This document shows positions 29,682-38,764 of a stretch of DNA of 64,000 nt, in pieces; position 1 is the first letter of the stretch; every line of letters starts with the position of its first letter. The stretch comes from Candidatus Poribacteria bacterium (GTDB lineage Bacteria > Poribacteria > WGA-4E > WGA-3G): contig OZ220722.1 in NCBI GenBank assembly GCA_965116815.1, forward strand, positions 2,293,941-2,357,940, read 5' to 3'. The position numbers were made by a program, and so were the translations under genes. The notes beneath the pieces are model-generated. The model had not been told where the DNA came from and made no database searches. It was given only the letters and a program-made list of their open reading frames with translations.

Positions 29682-30815
29682 TTATTTCTCAATTGCCTCA
29701 ACATTCGCACGAGGCAGTGTCATCTGTTGACCGTCCGCAAGTTCAACCCGCAATACCCGCACCTGTGCCTCTGTCTCCAAGTTCTGAAGTTCTACTGGTA
29801 GTTCCGTAACACGTCCCAATTTGCCGAAATGCGGTTCCCGAATAATCCGCACCGAGCTGCCAATCTCTAAAATACCCTCGATGCTTCCATCCTGCTCCTC
29901 TTCCACCGTTTCCGCAGTGTCTGATACCAATGGAATCACTATCTCCGGACGGACGACCCCAGCACGAATCTGTGTCGCGCCGTTGATGGAGGTTTTCATA
30001 CCCTCCCGTGCTTTCAAGAGCGCGAACGTCTGCTCCGCCATCGCTATCTCTCCGAACCCCTCCGTGATAACGAGTGTGATGCCGATCTCCTCAGAACCGG
30101 TAATCGCAACGCCGAGTTCATAGCCGAGAAGTTTCCGCAGATCCGCGTCATCGATACCACCAGCAATGATGCCCTTGACCCCCTGCTGGATCGCCTTCTG
30201 AATTGCATCGGTCGTAACAAGCGAACCACCAACCAAGATATTATCTTGATGTTCAGGTAATATCTGTTCAGCGGTCAGTTCATCACCCGACGATTGGGAG
30301 ATGACGACTAAGTTTCCAACTGTCTCACCGCCGACACCGAAGATGCCTTGAATATAAGTGCCGTAAGTTTCTACTGTGACACCTTCGTTTGGGACGGTCT
30401 CCGTTACTGTGCCATTTGTGTAAGCTTTGACTTCCACTGGGATGGGCGGTTCACGAAGGATAACCTGTCCTGTGACATCGGACACGGCTTCAATCGTGCC
30501 GTCGATCGGTGACCGCGCTTGCGATTTGAAAAGCCCGAAAAGCCCTTTTGTCGTGGCGATAATCTCGTCTTCTGAGACGGCTTCACCTACAGATTTAAGC
30601 ATATATTCGGCAACTTCTTCAGGTGGGACACTCAGCAGGTTGGCAACGTTTAACAGCTGAACATTGCCCGGCAGATCTGCTTTCGCGATAACATCTTCTG
30701 CCTCAACTGTCGCGCCGGTTTCGACGAGGACCTCGCCTTCAAGCGGGAGCCTGCGTTCCTTTTGTATTGTCATTCCCTCGGTAACCTTAAGACCGGGGGT
30801 ATATGCATGCGCCAT
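29682..30815 (-). CDS. conserved hypothetical cytoplasmic protein (Gly/Ala/Val/Glu-rich; no family recognised)
   Basis: Clean 377-aa ORF with good codon usage. It abuts the dockerin gene and is probably co-transcribed with it. Confidence 0.5.
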   Translation of the reverse strand: MAHAYTPGLKVTEGMTIQKERRLPLEGEVLVETGATVEAEDVIAKADLPGNVQLLNVANLLSVPPEEVAEYMLKSVGEAVSEDEIIATTKGLFGLFKSQARSPIDGTIEAVSDVTGQVILREPPIPVEVKAYTNGTVTETVPNEGVTVETYGTYIQGIFGVGGETVGNLVVISQSSGDELTAEQILPEHQDNILVGGSLVTTDAIQKAIQQGVKGIIAGGIDDADLRKLLGYELGVAITGSEEIGITLVITEGFGEIAMAEQTFALLKAREGMKTSINGATQIRAGVVRPEIVIPLVSDTAETVEEEQDGSIEGILEIGSSVRIIREPHFGKLGRVTELPVELQNLETEAQVRVLRVELADGQQMTLPRANVEAIEK

Positions 30816-30860
30816 TAAAAAGCCTCAATTTCAAGATATAATCTGTAATATGATTTTTAG

Positions 30861-30943
30861 GTTATAAGTTGTCAGTTATCGGTTGTCAGTTAAGAGCGTG
30901 TTCATTTACGGATAACCTCTTGTAACTGAAAACTGAAAACTAA
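30861..30943. repeat. MITE/REP-like palindromic repeat, copy E3 (GTTGTCAGTTATCGGTTGTCAGTTAAGAGCGTG ... ACCTCTTGTAACTGAAAACTGAAAAC)
   Basis: Same core as E1 and E2. It lies in the divergent region between the 377-aa gene and the PhyH gene. Confidence 0.55.
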
Positions 30944-30999
30944 TATATTATACCATTTTAGTTGTGTTTATGGTAGAATGAAATCAGAATTTAGATAAG

Positions 31000-31860
31000 G
31001 TGAAGCAACAAATGTCAAACCAAGGCGTAACCTACAAAACCGACAAAATCATGCCGACGTGGGAACAACTCGCTGAAATGGGGCGCGATCTCCAATTTCA
31101 TCCAAGCACCACGGAGCATCCGAAGGTGCTAACCCAAGAACAGTTGGCTGATTTCAACCGCATCGGTTACATCAAAGGTATCCCGATTTTCGATGAAGCC
31201 GAAATCGGTGAACACCGTCAATATTTTGATGCCCTATTAGCAAACGTCATGGCAGAAGGCGGGAGTAGTTATTCGATTATCTCCGCACATATAAAATACG
31301 GGAAGGTCTATGACCTGCTCACACACCCAAAGATCGTCACCTGTGTGAAAGACCTGATTGGTGAAGACGTTATCGGTTGGGGTGCGCACTACTTCTGCAA
31401 GATGCCCCACGATTCGCAGACCGTCGGTTGGCATCAAGATGCGGGTTACTGGCCCCTCACACCTTCCAAAACCGTTACCGTTTGGCTCGCGATTGACGAC
31501 GCAACTGTTGAAAACGGTGCGATGCGGTTTATTACAGGTTCGCATCATCTTGGACACTTGACACCTCGGCACAGTGAACCCGGCGATAACAGCGTCTTGG
31601 GTCAAGTCGTTGAAGACGCTGAGAAGTACGGTGAACCCGTCGATGTTGAACTCAAAGCGGGTGAAATCTCTATCCACACTGACTTGCTGCTGCACGGTTC
31701 AAACGCCAATCCCTCGCCCAAACGACGGTGCGGGCTGACTTTACGCTACTGCACTACCGATGTCCGGGCATCTTTCCGTTGGGATAAAGAAGGTGTCGTC
31801 GTGAGTGGAGAGGATAGAAATGGGAACTGGGGAAACCCACCACGTCCTGCTGTCGATTAA
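31000..31860 (+). CDS. phytanoyl-CoA dioxygenase (PhyH) family Fe(II)/2-oxoglutarate oxygenase
   Basis: HQDAGYW...WLAIDDATVENGAMRFITGSH...H facial triad pattern. Confidence 0.7.
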   Translation: MKQQMSNQGVTYKTDKIMPTWEQLAEMGRDLQFHPSTTEHPKVLTQEQLADFNRIGYIKGIPIFDEAEIGEHRQYFDALLANVMAEGGSSYSIISAHIKYGKVYDLLTHPKIVTCVKDLIGEDVIGWGAHYFCKMPHDSQTVGWHQDAGYWPLTPSKTVTVWLAIDDATVENGAMRFITGSHHLGHLTPRHSEPGDNSVLGQVVEDAEKYGEPVDVELKAGEISIHTDLLLHGSNANPSPKRRCGLTLRYCTTDVRASFRWDKEGVVVSGEDRNGNWGNPPRPAVD

Positions 31861-31929
31861 TCCAACAGATTGTAGACACCCACAATTGGCGTTTCTTTTT
31901 GTTAAAATTATCAAACGTTTCCGAGTCTA

Positions 31930-33415
31930 AAACCGCCTTGCTTTAGCTGGGGGATACAGACTCGCTCTTGTGAATTAGACCAAAGCGTTTTTTGAAAAAA
32001 ACACTTGACATTTCTACGAAAATATGTTTTAATAGATGTATCACGTTGGCAGACATACCAAGCGTAACCGCAAGGTTACGTGTCTGCCTCCCCACTTGGT
32101 AGGGGTTAAAAGCGTGATACGTGAACATCCATGAAAACCTATAAACTGAAAATCCCTCACACTCAACAGTTAGACGCTCTGAATGCTGCGTCTGCGTCGG
32201 TTTGGAACGAGTGCCTGACTCTCAAATCCGTTTGGGATTATGCGCACGGCTATCGAAGCACCGGACGACTTGATCCACAATGTGAGTTGTGGATGGACAA
32301 GCAACTTTCCAAGTCCCAATCCCTACACTCACAGAGTATCCAAGCTGTCCGTGAGCGGTATTTCAAGAACAGAAAAGCCTATCGTGTGTTACGTAGGAAC
32401 GGCAATTCAACCGCCAAACCGCCGCATAAGTCTAAACGCTTTCAAACAACGACTTGGAAAAAGTCAGCCATCCGTTTCAAAGAAACATTGCTTGGTAAAG
32501 TCTTGATACTCTCTAATGGTAAAGGCACCCCTGCTTTAGAGATACCGCTTCCAAAGTTGTTTAACCTTTCTTTGACCCCTAATATTGTAATTGTGCACCT
32601 TGTCTATACTCGTGGACAATACGAACTTCATTTTGTCTATAACACCGAGACACCTGAAGTCTCTAAGGTTTCCGATGGCGTTGTGGGCGTTGATATTGGC
32701 GAGATACACCCGATTGTCAGCCATGACGGACATAACACACTGATTTTCAATGGGCGGTATATCCGAAGCCTATACCGATTGAGAAACAAGGTGATTGCCT
32801 CCTTTGGTAAAAAGATTGATAGGTGTAAACGCTATTCCAAACGTTGGTGGCATCTCGTGCGTAGGAAGTGGAAACGTCTTCAAAGGATTGACAATCAAAT
32901 CAAGGATGCGCTCCATCAACACACCACAAAGTTTGTGAAAAAATGTGGTGAGTCGGGTATAGGCACGATTGTCATTGGAGACCTAACGGGTATACGAGAC
33001 GATATCAACTATGGCAAACGTGCAAATCAGAAACTTCACCAGTGGGCTTTTGGTAAGGTTGCCGAGTTGATAACCTACAAAGCGAAATCTTTGGGTATCA
33101 AGGTTGACTTGATAGATGAGGCACATACCTCACAGACATGCCCAAAATGTGGCAACCGAAAGAAACCTACAAACCGAAACTACACCTGCAAATGCGGATT
33201 TAACTTTCACCGTGACGGTGTAGGTGCTATAAACATTCGCAAAAAGTATCTTGGACACTTCGGTGTCCCAGTAGTGGCGGACATGGATACCCAGGTTTCC
33301 ATGAAAATGACACCGCCCGTTGGATTTCGTCTCGAAGTCAAACGTTGCTCTGCCTGAGCAGAGAATGTTCCCACGAGGAACAAAAGAATCACCCTTGCTT
33401 TAGCTGGGTGAGTAT
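31930..33415 (+). mobile_element. IS200/IS605-family (IS1341-like) tnpB-only insertion sequence with direct-repeat-type ends
   Basis: The 16-mer CCTTGCTTTAGCTGGG occurs in direct orientation at about 31936 and about 33393, flanking tnpB. The LE carries a long hairpin GGCAGACAT...GTAACCGCAAGGTTAC...TGTCTGCC. The RE has the hairpin CTCTGCCTGAGCAGAG. No tnpA is present. Confidence 0.7.
32131..33357 (+). CDS. tnpB: TnpB (OrfB) RNA-guided endonuclease/transposase-accessory protein, RuvC-like plus Zn finger
   Basis: RuvC motifs VVGVDIGEIHP, IGDLTGIRDD and DEAHTSQTCPKCG, with the Zn finger CPKCGN...CKCG. Confidence 0.85.
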   Translation: MKTYKLKIPHTQQLDALNAASASVWNECLTLKSVWDYAHGYRSTGRLDPQCELWMDKQLSKSQSLHSQSIQAVRERYFKNRKAYRVLRRNGNSTAKPPHKSKRFQTTTWKKSAIRFKETLLGKVLILSNGKGTPALEIPLPKLFNLSLTPNIVIVHLVYTRGQYELHFVYNTETPEVSKVSDGVVGVDIGEIHPIVSHDGHNTLIFNGRYIRSLYRLRNKVIASFGKKIDRCKRYSKRWWHLVRRKWKRLQRIDNQIKDALHQHTTKFVKKCGESGIGTIVIGDLTGIRDDINYGKRANQKLHQWAFGKVAELITYKAKSLGIKVDLIDEAHTSQTCPKCGNRKKPTNRNYTCKCGFNFHRDGVGAINIRKKYLGHFGVPVVADMDTQVSMKMTPPVGFRLEVKRCSA

Positions 33416-33416
33416 G

Positions 33417-34886
33417 TCAATTAACATCAATTCTCATAAACGCCAAGACTGCCGCCATGAATAGGAGGAGTGCGAGCGAGACTAACAACGTTAGATCCAA
33501 CAGTGCGCCTCCGAAGGTGATACCGACAGTTAACTGTTCTGAAAACTTAGGAATGCTATTAAAGGGTACCGGTTTTTGGGATAACCCTTCTTTTACAAGA
33601 TAAACGTGGTAACTGTCGTTGTCTCCTCTATCTTCCGATTTAATAAAGTCGACGAACTGCCGTCTGTAGCGTCGGGCGTGTTGGACGAATCGTTTATGTC
33701 TGGCGAATCCTGTACCTGCCAAAGATTCTACAGCATATTTATAGATAGCCGCCGGAGAGAGTCGCGTAATTTGTTGCGTAAATTCAACCTGTGCGAACTG
33801 TTTATTGAGGTGTTCATCATTGATGCTGCTCTTGGCATCAGCATGTTCGTTTAGATAGTCAGCCCACATCCTTAACACCTCAATTTTAGGTGGCGTGTCG
33901 GAAGGCGAACCTGTTCTGTAAAGTTTGTCTCCTTCTTTGTGCCGAGTATCAATTTCGTCTTCTCTTGCTTTCTGTATGCGAGAAATTTCGCTTCTTGAGG
34001 ACACTTGCTGGAAACCGCTTGCCAATACACCCATAGTGTTCGGGATAAGCACCACAAACACAATCCAAATTAACAGCAACGTCAGCAAACTGCTTGACGA
34101 AGTAGAAAATTGGCTTGAGATAAACAGCCCAAGCCATAAGAATATTGAGATGTAGACAGCGGAAATAACAAAGATTATCCCCATCCGCACCCATTCGCCT
34201 CCGCTAAGCGACACCAATCTTGACGCATTGACGATCATTAAATTCAGTAGTACCGCAATAAACAACGGAATCAGGATCGTGAGAAACGCACCCGTGAATT
34301 TTCCCAGAAGCACGGTCGCGCGGGACACGGAATTAGACATGAGCAAGCTTAACGTGCCTGTTTCACGTTCTCCAGAGATGGCATCGTAAGTGAACAGAAT
34401 CGCCATAAAACTCATTACCAATCCGATGATGAATGTCCAATCCAATTCCGTGAAGTTTGGCAGCGAATCGTTTTTTCGAGATGTATGCTGTGGGTACTGA
34501 AGCCACCAGTTTGCTGACCAAGAGTAGTTGAAACTAAAATCAGGTGTCGTCATACCTATACCATAGCCGCCGCTTGGAGCCCCTTCAACTCGCTTGGGTA
34601 AGTTTGCATCCTCTCCCATTGCAATGAAGGTTAATGGGCTAACCGGTTTGTGTAGATACCCTGGGCCTTTTACTGCAAGTTCACTTAAATTACTGCTTCT
34701 CGTTTTGAGTGAGTCGATGGCTTGGTTGGTATCTTCGGAATATTCCGCGATCCTTCGCGGATATTGACTGCTCACGAATATCACGGCATTCATCACCATC
34801 AACACCATTACCAGAATCAGCGTGAGTGCGAATCGAAAACGCGTCAAATTATCAAGGATTTCTCGTTTTGCTATGTGCCAGATCAT
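33417..34886 (-). CDS. ABC-2-type transporter permease-like membrane protein (large extracytoplasmic loops)
   Basis: N-terminal TM, 4-5 clustered TMs and a C-terminal TM. It is a paralog of the adjacent gene. No ABC ATPase is nearby. Confidence 0.5.
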   Translation of the reverse strand: MIWHIAKREILDNLTRFRFALTLILVMVLMVMNAVIFVSSQYPRRIAEYSEDTNQAIDSLKTRSSNLSELAVKGPGYLHKPVSPLTFIAMGEDANLPKRVEGAPSGGYGIGMTTPDFSFNYSWSANWWLQYPQHTSRKNDSLPNFTELDWTFIIGLVMSFMAILFTYDAISGERETGTLSLLMSNSVSRATVLLGKFTGAFLTILIPLFIAVLLNLMIVNASRLVSLSGGEWVRMGIIFVISAVYISIFLWLGLFISSQFSTSSSSLLTLLLIWIVFVVLIPNTMGVLASGFQQVSSRSEISRIQKAREDEIDTRHKEGDKLYRTGSPSDTPPKIEVLRMWADYLNEHADAKSSINDEHLNKQFAQVEFTQQITRLSPAAIYKYAVESLAGTGFARHKRFVQHARRYRRQFVDFIKSEDRGDNDSYHVYLVKEGLSQKPVPFNSIPKFSEQLTVGITFGGALLDLTLLVSLALLLFMAAVLAFMRIDVN

Positions 34887-34916
34887 GTTGGCTCCTTTGC
34901 AAACCCTGAACCATCA

Positions 34917-36404
34917 TTATACAACGTCGTAGCGTAGGAATGAGATGAATGCGCCCATAAAGAACAGCATGTTTAATACCGCGAGTATCATAATATCGAA
35001 TGACGCGCGTTGCAGACTGTTGCTGATGCCTTCGCTCTGTTCGTTAAATCTCGGAACTCTGCTCAAGTCAAAAGGTGCCTCGAATTCAGTCGTAAACCAT
35101 CTGCGCGAAGAGAATATTTTTTCATCCCTTAGATAGTCGACCCATTCACGACGATATTGTCGGGTCTGTTCCATAAATCGCCAGAAGCTACTCAAATCTG
35201 TTTCCGCAAGAATTGCGGCGGCATTGTAATAAATCGCTGCCGGAGATATACGGGATATGTTCAGTGCTAATAGAGATTGTCGGTTCGGATTTCTGTCGAG
35301 ATACGCTTTGCGTATTTGCCATATTCGATCAGCGTATTGCGTACGGAGATTTTCTTTGAATCCATAACATTCTTGGGCAAAGGGTACACCTTCTTCGTTT
35401 TCAAAGCTGCCCACGTGGACTGTCTCACCACTGTCATAGTCGTTGACACCTGAGCGAGCACCTACACCGCCAAAATTGGCACGATCAAGTGGGCCCTCAA
35501 CCCCTCGTTTTTCAAAATAGTCTTTAACTTCGGCTTCATATTGCTTCCACTGGTCACGTGCCTGCTCTTTATACGGTTCCTCTGACTGTATGGGACTGGC
35601 ATGTTCCACCAATAAAACTGTCAGATTCGGAACAATGAGTACGAAAAGCACCCAGACGCACATTGAGAACATGAGTGTGATAGAAGGTCGGTCGGTTCGA
35701 GTGGAAAGAAAAAGTCCTATCAGGAAAAAGAGCGAAACGTAAAGCATGGATAGCAGAAAGATTAACAGTATCCGTCCCCAGTCCGAACCACTGAAGGAGA
35801 CATAAGCGGAAAATTGTATCACTAACAAGCCTGCGACGAAACTCGCGATAAGCGGAAGCGAAATAGATACCATCCCAGCGACATATTTGCCCAGCAGCAG
35901 CGTTGGTCTCGGAACCGCGCAAGAGAGTGCTAACCTCAAAGTCCCGGCTTCCTTTTCTCGCGATATCGCGTCATAGGAGAAAAGCAGGGCAAGTAGGCTC
36001 ATCACCACTTGGCAGATTACCGTGAAGTCAATAGAAGAAAAAATGTTCAGATACGGATTATCAGAGCCGTGGTGCTCGGCAACGGCAGGAACATATCCGT
36101 GCGCCACCGTCACTGTATTTCCCTTTCTTTTATCTACGCCTTCGTTGAAAATGCTAAGTAGTTTCGGGCTTCTATCACACTTTAACATGTGAGTGAGTCC
36201 GAATTCAGAGTATCTCGTTACCTGACCTATCTTATCTTCATTTTCTCGAATAGCCGTTTGGTAACTTTGCAGCCTATCTTCGTAACCTCTGGTCAAAACG
36301 AAGAGATTTGTCACAATCAGGGAAAAATAGATGAGTAATCCCATGAGGAATCTGAAACTCAAAATATTTGCTGTGATTTCTCTTCTAACAATTGTCCAGA
36401 GCAT
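34917..36404 (-). CDS. ABC-2-type transporter permease-like membrane protein (paralog)
   Basis: Same topology and about 30% identity to 33417-34886. The start is set at MLWTIV behind a GGAGG RBS, 17 nt downstream of the sigma-factor stop. Confidence 0.5.
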   Translation of the reverse strand: MLWTIVRREITANILSFRFLMGLLIYFSLIVTNLFVLTRGYEDRLQSYQTAIRENEDKIGQVTRYSEFGLTHMLKCDRSPKLLSIFNEGVDKRKGNTVTVAHGYVPAVAEHHGSDNPYLNIFSSIDFTVICQVVMSLLALLFSYDAISREKEAGTLRLALSCAVPRPTLLLGKYVAGMVSISLPLIASFVAGLLVIQFSAYVSFSGSDWGRILLIFLLSMLYVSLFFLIGLFLSTRTDRPSITLMFSMCVWVLFVLIVPNLTVLLVEHASPIQSEEPYKEQARDQWKQYEAEVKDYFEKRGVEGPLDRANFGGVGARSGVNDYDSGETVHVGSFENEEGVPFAQECYGFKENLRTQYADRIWQIRKAYLDRNPNRQSLLALNISRISPAAIYYNAAAILAETDLSSFWRFMEQTRQYRREWVDYLRDEKIFSSRRWFTTEFEAPFDLSRVPRFNEQSEGISNSLQRASFDIMILAVLNMLFFMGAFISFLRYDVV

Positions 36405-36423
36405 TACGTTGCCTCCAGTAAAT

Positions 36424-37689
36424 TCAAAAGTTTTCAGTGACGCGCCATGTTTCAATAATCGTTTCGTCAAGATAGGAACTACGCGATTTATATGTGTACG
36501 TAGAACCGATTTGCAAAGGCAGATACTCTTCTGTCTTGCCCGGGGTCCTATATTCCGTTAATTCTATCTCTGTTGTGATGCCGTTGGCATGCTCATAACG
36601 CGTTTTCACAAGCCCAACGCCTTTAGCAAACCACAAATAGCGGACCCCGTTAACAAACGGACTCATCTGTCTGTCACCTGGTTCATAGCGTTTGTCGTTA
36701 GTAATAATAAGCGGGCTGTTCTGTGAGTGAGAATCGATGTCCGTAAGGACACTTTTATGCTTCAGACACGTAGAGAAAACACCGGCGGGAACTTCTACTT
36801 GTTCGTGCCCATCCAAGATTGTCTCCACTTGCGAATTCCAAAATCCTTCCTGCGTCCAAGTATCGCCTACAACTATCGGGAATCTGAGAACGGAAGGCGT
36901 AACAGCCGTTCCGAGCAAGGCTGTTAGCACACACTCAAATCGACTGTCTCCTTCCCAACCGCAATTAAGACTTTTAACTCGCAAAAGTGTATCGTTTCTT
37001 ATTAAGGAGACACTTCCATCTCCTGATTGATTGCCACTTTCGGTAGCGGCATCAAAGCTGACCTTTATATTGCGTTCCATTTTAGCTACCTCACTTAGAG
37101 TTGCGAAAGTTTGAAAATCGTCAGGAGAAGATTGCCCTAAAGATTCGCACTTCTTTAATCGCTGCCGCGCACGACTGAGCCGACTTTTTATCGTATTGGG
37201 AGTTACATCTAAAAAAGCGGCGATATCTTCGCAGGACATTCCATCAAAGTAGTGGAGCGTAACGACGGTGCGTTCACTTTCCCGCAATTTCGCAAGCCAC
37301 TTTTTGATGGTTTCACGAAGTTCTTGCGTTGCCTCTTTTGCTTGCTCTCCCGCAAGGTATCCAGAATACGGATCGCCGTGTCTCATGGCGATATTTATAT
37401 TCTGAGCAAGTTCGGAATTTAGGCGTTTCTCACGAAACCACGCAAGACAACATCGCGTGGCAATGGCGTTAATCCACGCAGAGAATCGATGCGGATCGTT
37501 CAGCGTTTCAAGTTTCTGATGTGCCTTCAGAAAGGTTTCTTGGACGATGTCTTCAGCAATGTGGAAATCCTTGATTGTCCGCCACGCGGTCGCGTGAACC
37601 TGTTTTTGATATTTTTCCACTAACATCGTGAAGGCTGTCTCGTCACCTGCAAGGGCCCGGTGAACCAATGCAACATCATCGTTTCTCAT
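36424..37689 (-). CDS. ECF-type RNA polymerase sigma factor with a ~230-aa C-terminal extension of unknown function
   Basis: Sigma-70 regions 2 and 4 (HRALAGDETAF...DIVQETFLKA...; CEDIAAFLDVTPNTIKSRLSRAR HTH). The start is set at MRNDDVA. A long Ser/Thr-poor globular C-terminal domain follows. Confidence 0.75.
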   Translation of the reverse strand: MRNDDVALVHRALAGDETAFTMLVEKYQKQVHATAWRTIKDFHIAEDIVQETFLKAHQKLETLNDPHRFSAWINAIATRCCLAWFREKRLNSELAQNINIAMRHGDPYSGYLAGEQAKEATQELRETIKKWLAKLRESERTVVTLHYFDGMSCEDIAAFLDVTPNTIKSRLSRARQRLKKCESLGQSSPDDFQTFATLSEVAKMERNIKVSFDAATESGNQSGDGSVSLIRNDTLLRVKSLNCGWEGDSRFECVLTALLGTAVTPSVLRFPIVVGDTWTQEGFWNSQVETILDGHEQVEVPAGVFSTCLKHKSVLTDIDSHSQNSPLIITNDKRYEPGDRQMSPFVNGVRYLWFAKGVGLVKTRYEHANGITTEIELTEYRTPGKTEEYLPLQIGSTYTYKSRSSYLDETIIETWRVTENF

Positions 37690-37953
37690 CAATCTCTCCT
37701 GTCGGTACGGATAAACTTGAATTTCAAATCTCAGCACTCGCCTGATTTGACCAAGTGACGCGAATCGAGTGGGAAAGGTTGCATAATTCTGCAAATTGGC
37801 AGATAGAAATGTTTTATGGAAGGTAGCATCAGCTGCTTCAAAAGAAAAGGTAGTGTTGTGGATGTGAAAGACGGAAACGGGTTCCAAGGCAATCCACCAC
37901 GGGTTAACCCAACACCAAAACATCCACAACAGAGATGGGGAAATATTCTACGT

Positions 37954-38748
37954 TTAAACGGGACCCAGAAATTCCAACTCACGTAACCGATCGATCCAAC
38001 GCTGTCGCCTTTCACTGCCTGCTGGATTGGCAACCCAGTGTGGATCGTAGAGTGAGGTGCCCGGTCGGTTAAAGTGTTCGGGACTCTTGGCGTTGCTTCG
38101 GGCGCGATTGCGTGTGGCGGCATCTTCTTCAGGGGTTTTGGGATTGTTATAGTAGACTATTGTGCACATCCGACGGTCATCATTGCCGCCCCAACTTGCG
38201 TGCCAGCAGCGCATATCGAAAGCAACAACATCACCCGGTTCCGATTTGCAGACGTAACCCGGAACGTCGCAAATCTCCAGGCCCAGTTCATTCAAATTCT
38301 CCCGCAGATCATCATGAAGCGACCGCTTATGAGAACCTGGGATCAATCGCAACGCGCCACTTTCGGCATCGACAGGTTCGAGATAGTATGCGAATTTCAC
38401 GCCGTAGCAGTCTTGGGTTGGATCGGCATTATGATCGGGGTGCCAGCCTGTGTTGCCGACATAACGGTTTGCGTCCGAAACGACGAAAAATACGTCATCG
38501 CCGTAAAGTTGTTCTGCTACTTCTGAGAACCGTGGGTCTTCTGGTAAATTCGCGAAAAATGGCGTTTCGGGTCCCATCATCGGTAGCCAGTGTCGGCGTG
38601 TTCCATCAAATGGTGCGTGGCGATATGCCGCCTCCATTGCCGCTTCAAATTCCTCGTGTATCGTGCTCAGTTCCTCTTGGTTGAACACTTGCCGAAAAAC
38701 GAGAAATCCAAGGGTATGAAAATGCTTGATTTGCTGTTCTGTGAGCAT
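37954..38748 (-). CDS. phytanoyl-CoA dioxygenase (PhyH) family oxygenase
   Basis: WHPD...GALRLIPGSH...WH motif pattern. It is a paralog class of 31000-31860. Confidence 0.7.
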   Translation of the reverse strand: MLTEQQIKHFHTLGFLVFRQVFNQEELSTIHEEFEAAMEAAYRHAPFDGTRRHWLPMMGPETPFFANLPEDPRFSEVAEQLYGDDVFFVVSDANRYVGNTGWHPDHNADPTQDCYGVKFAYYLEPVDAESGALRLIPGSHKRSLHDDLRENLNELGLEICDVPGYVCKSEPGDVVAFDMRCWHASWGGNDDRRMCTIVYYNNPKTPEEDAATRNRARSNAKSPEHFNRPGTSLYDPHWVANPAGSERRQRWIDRLRELEFLGPV

Positions 38749-38764
38749 GATGTTCCTCCACGTT

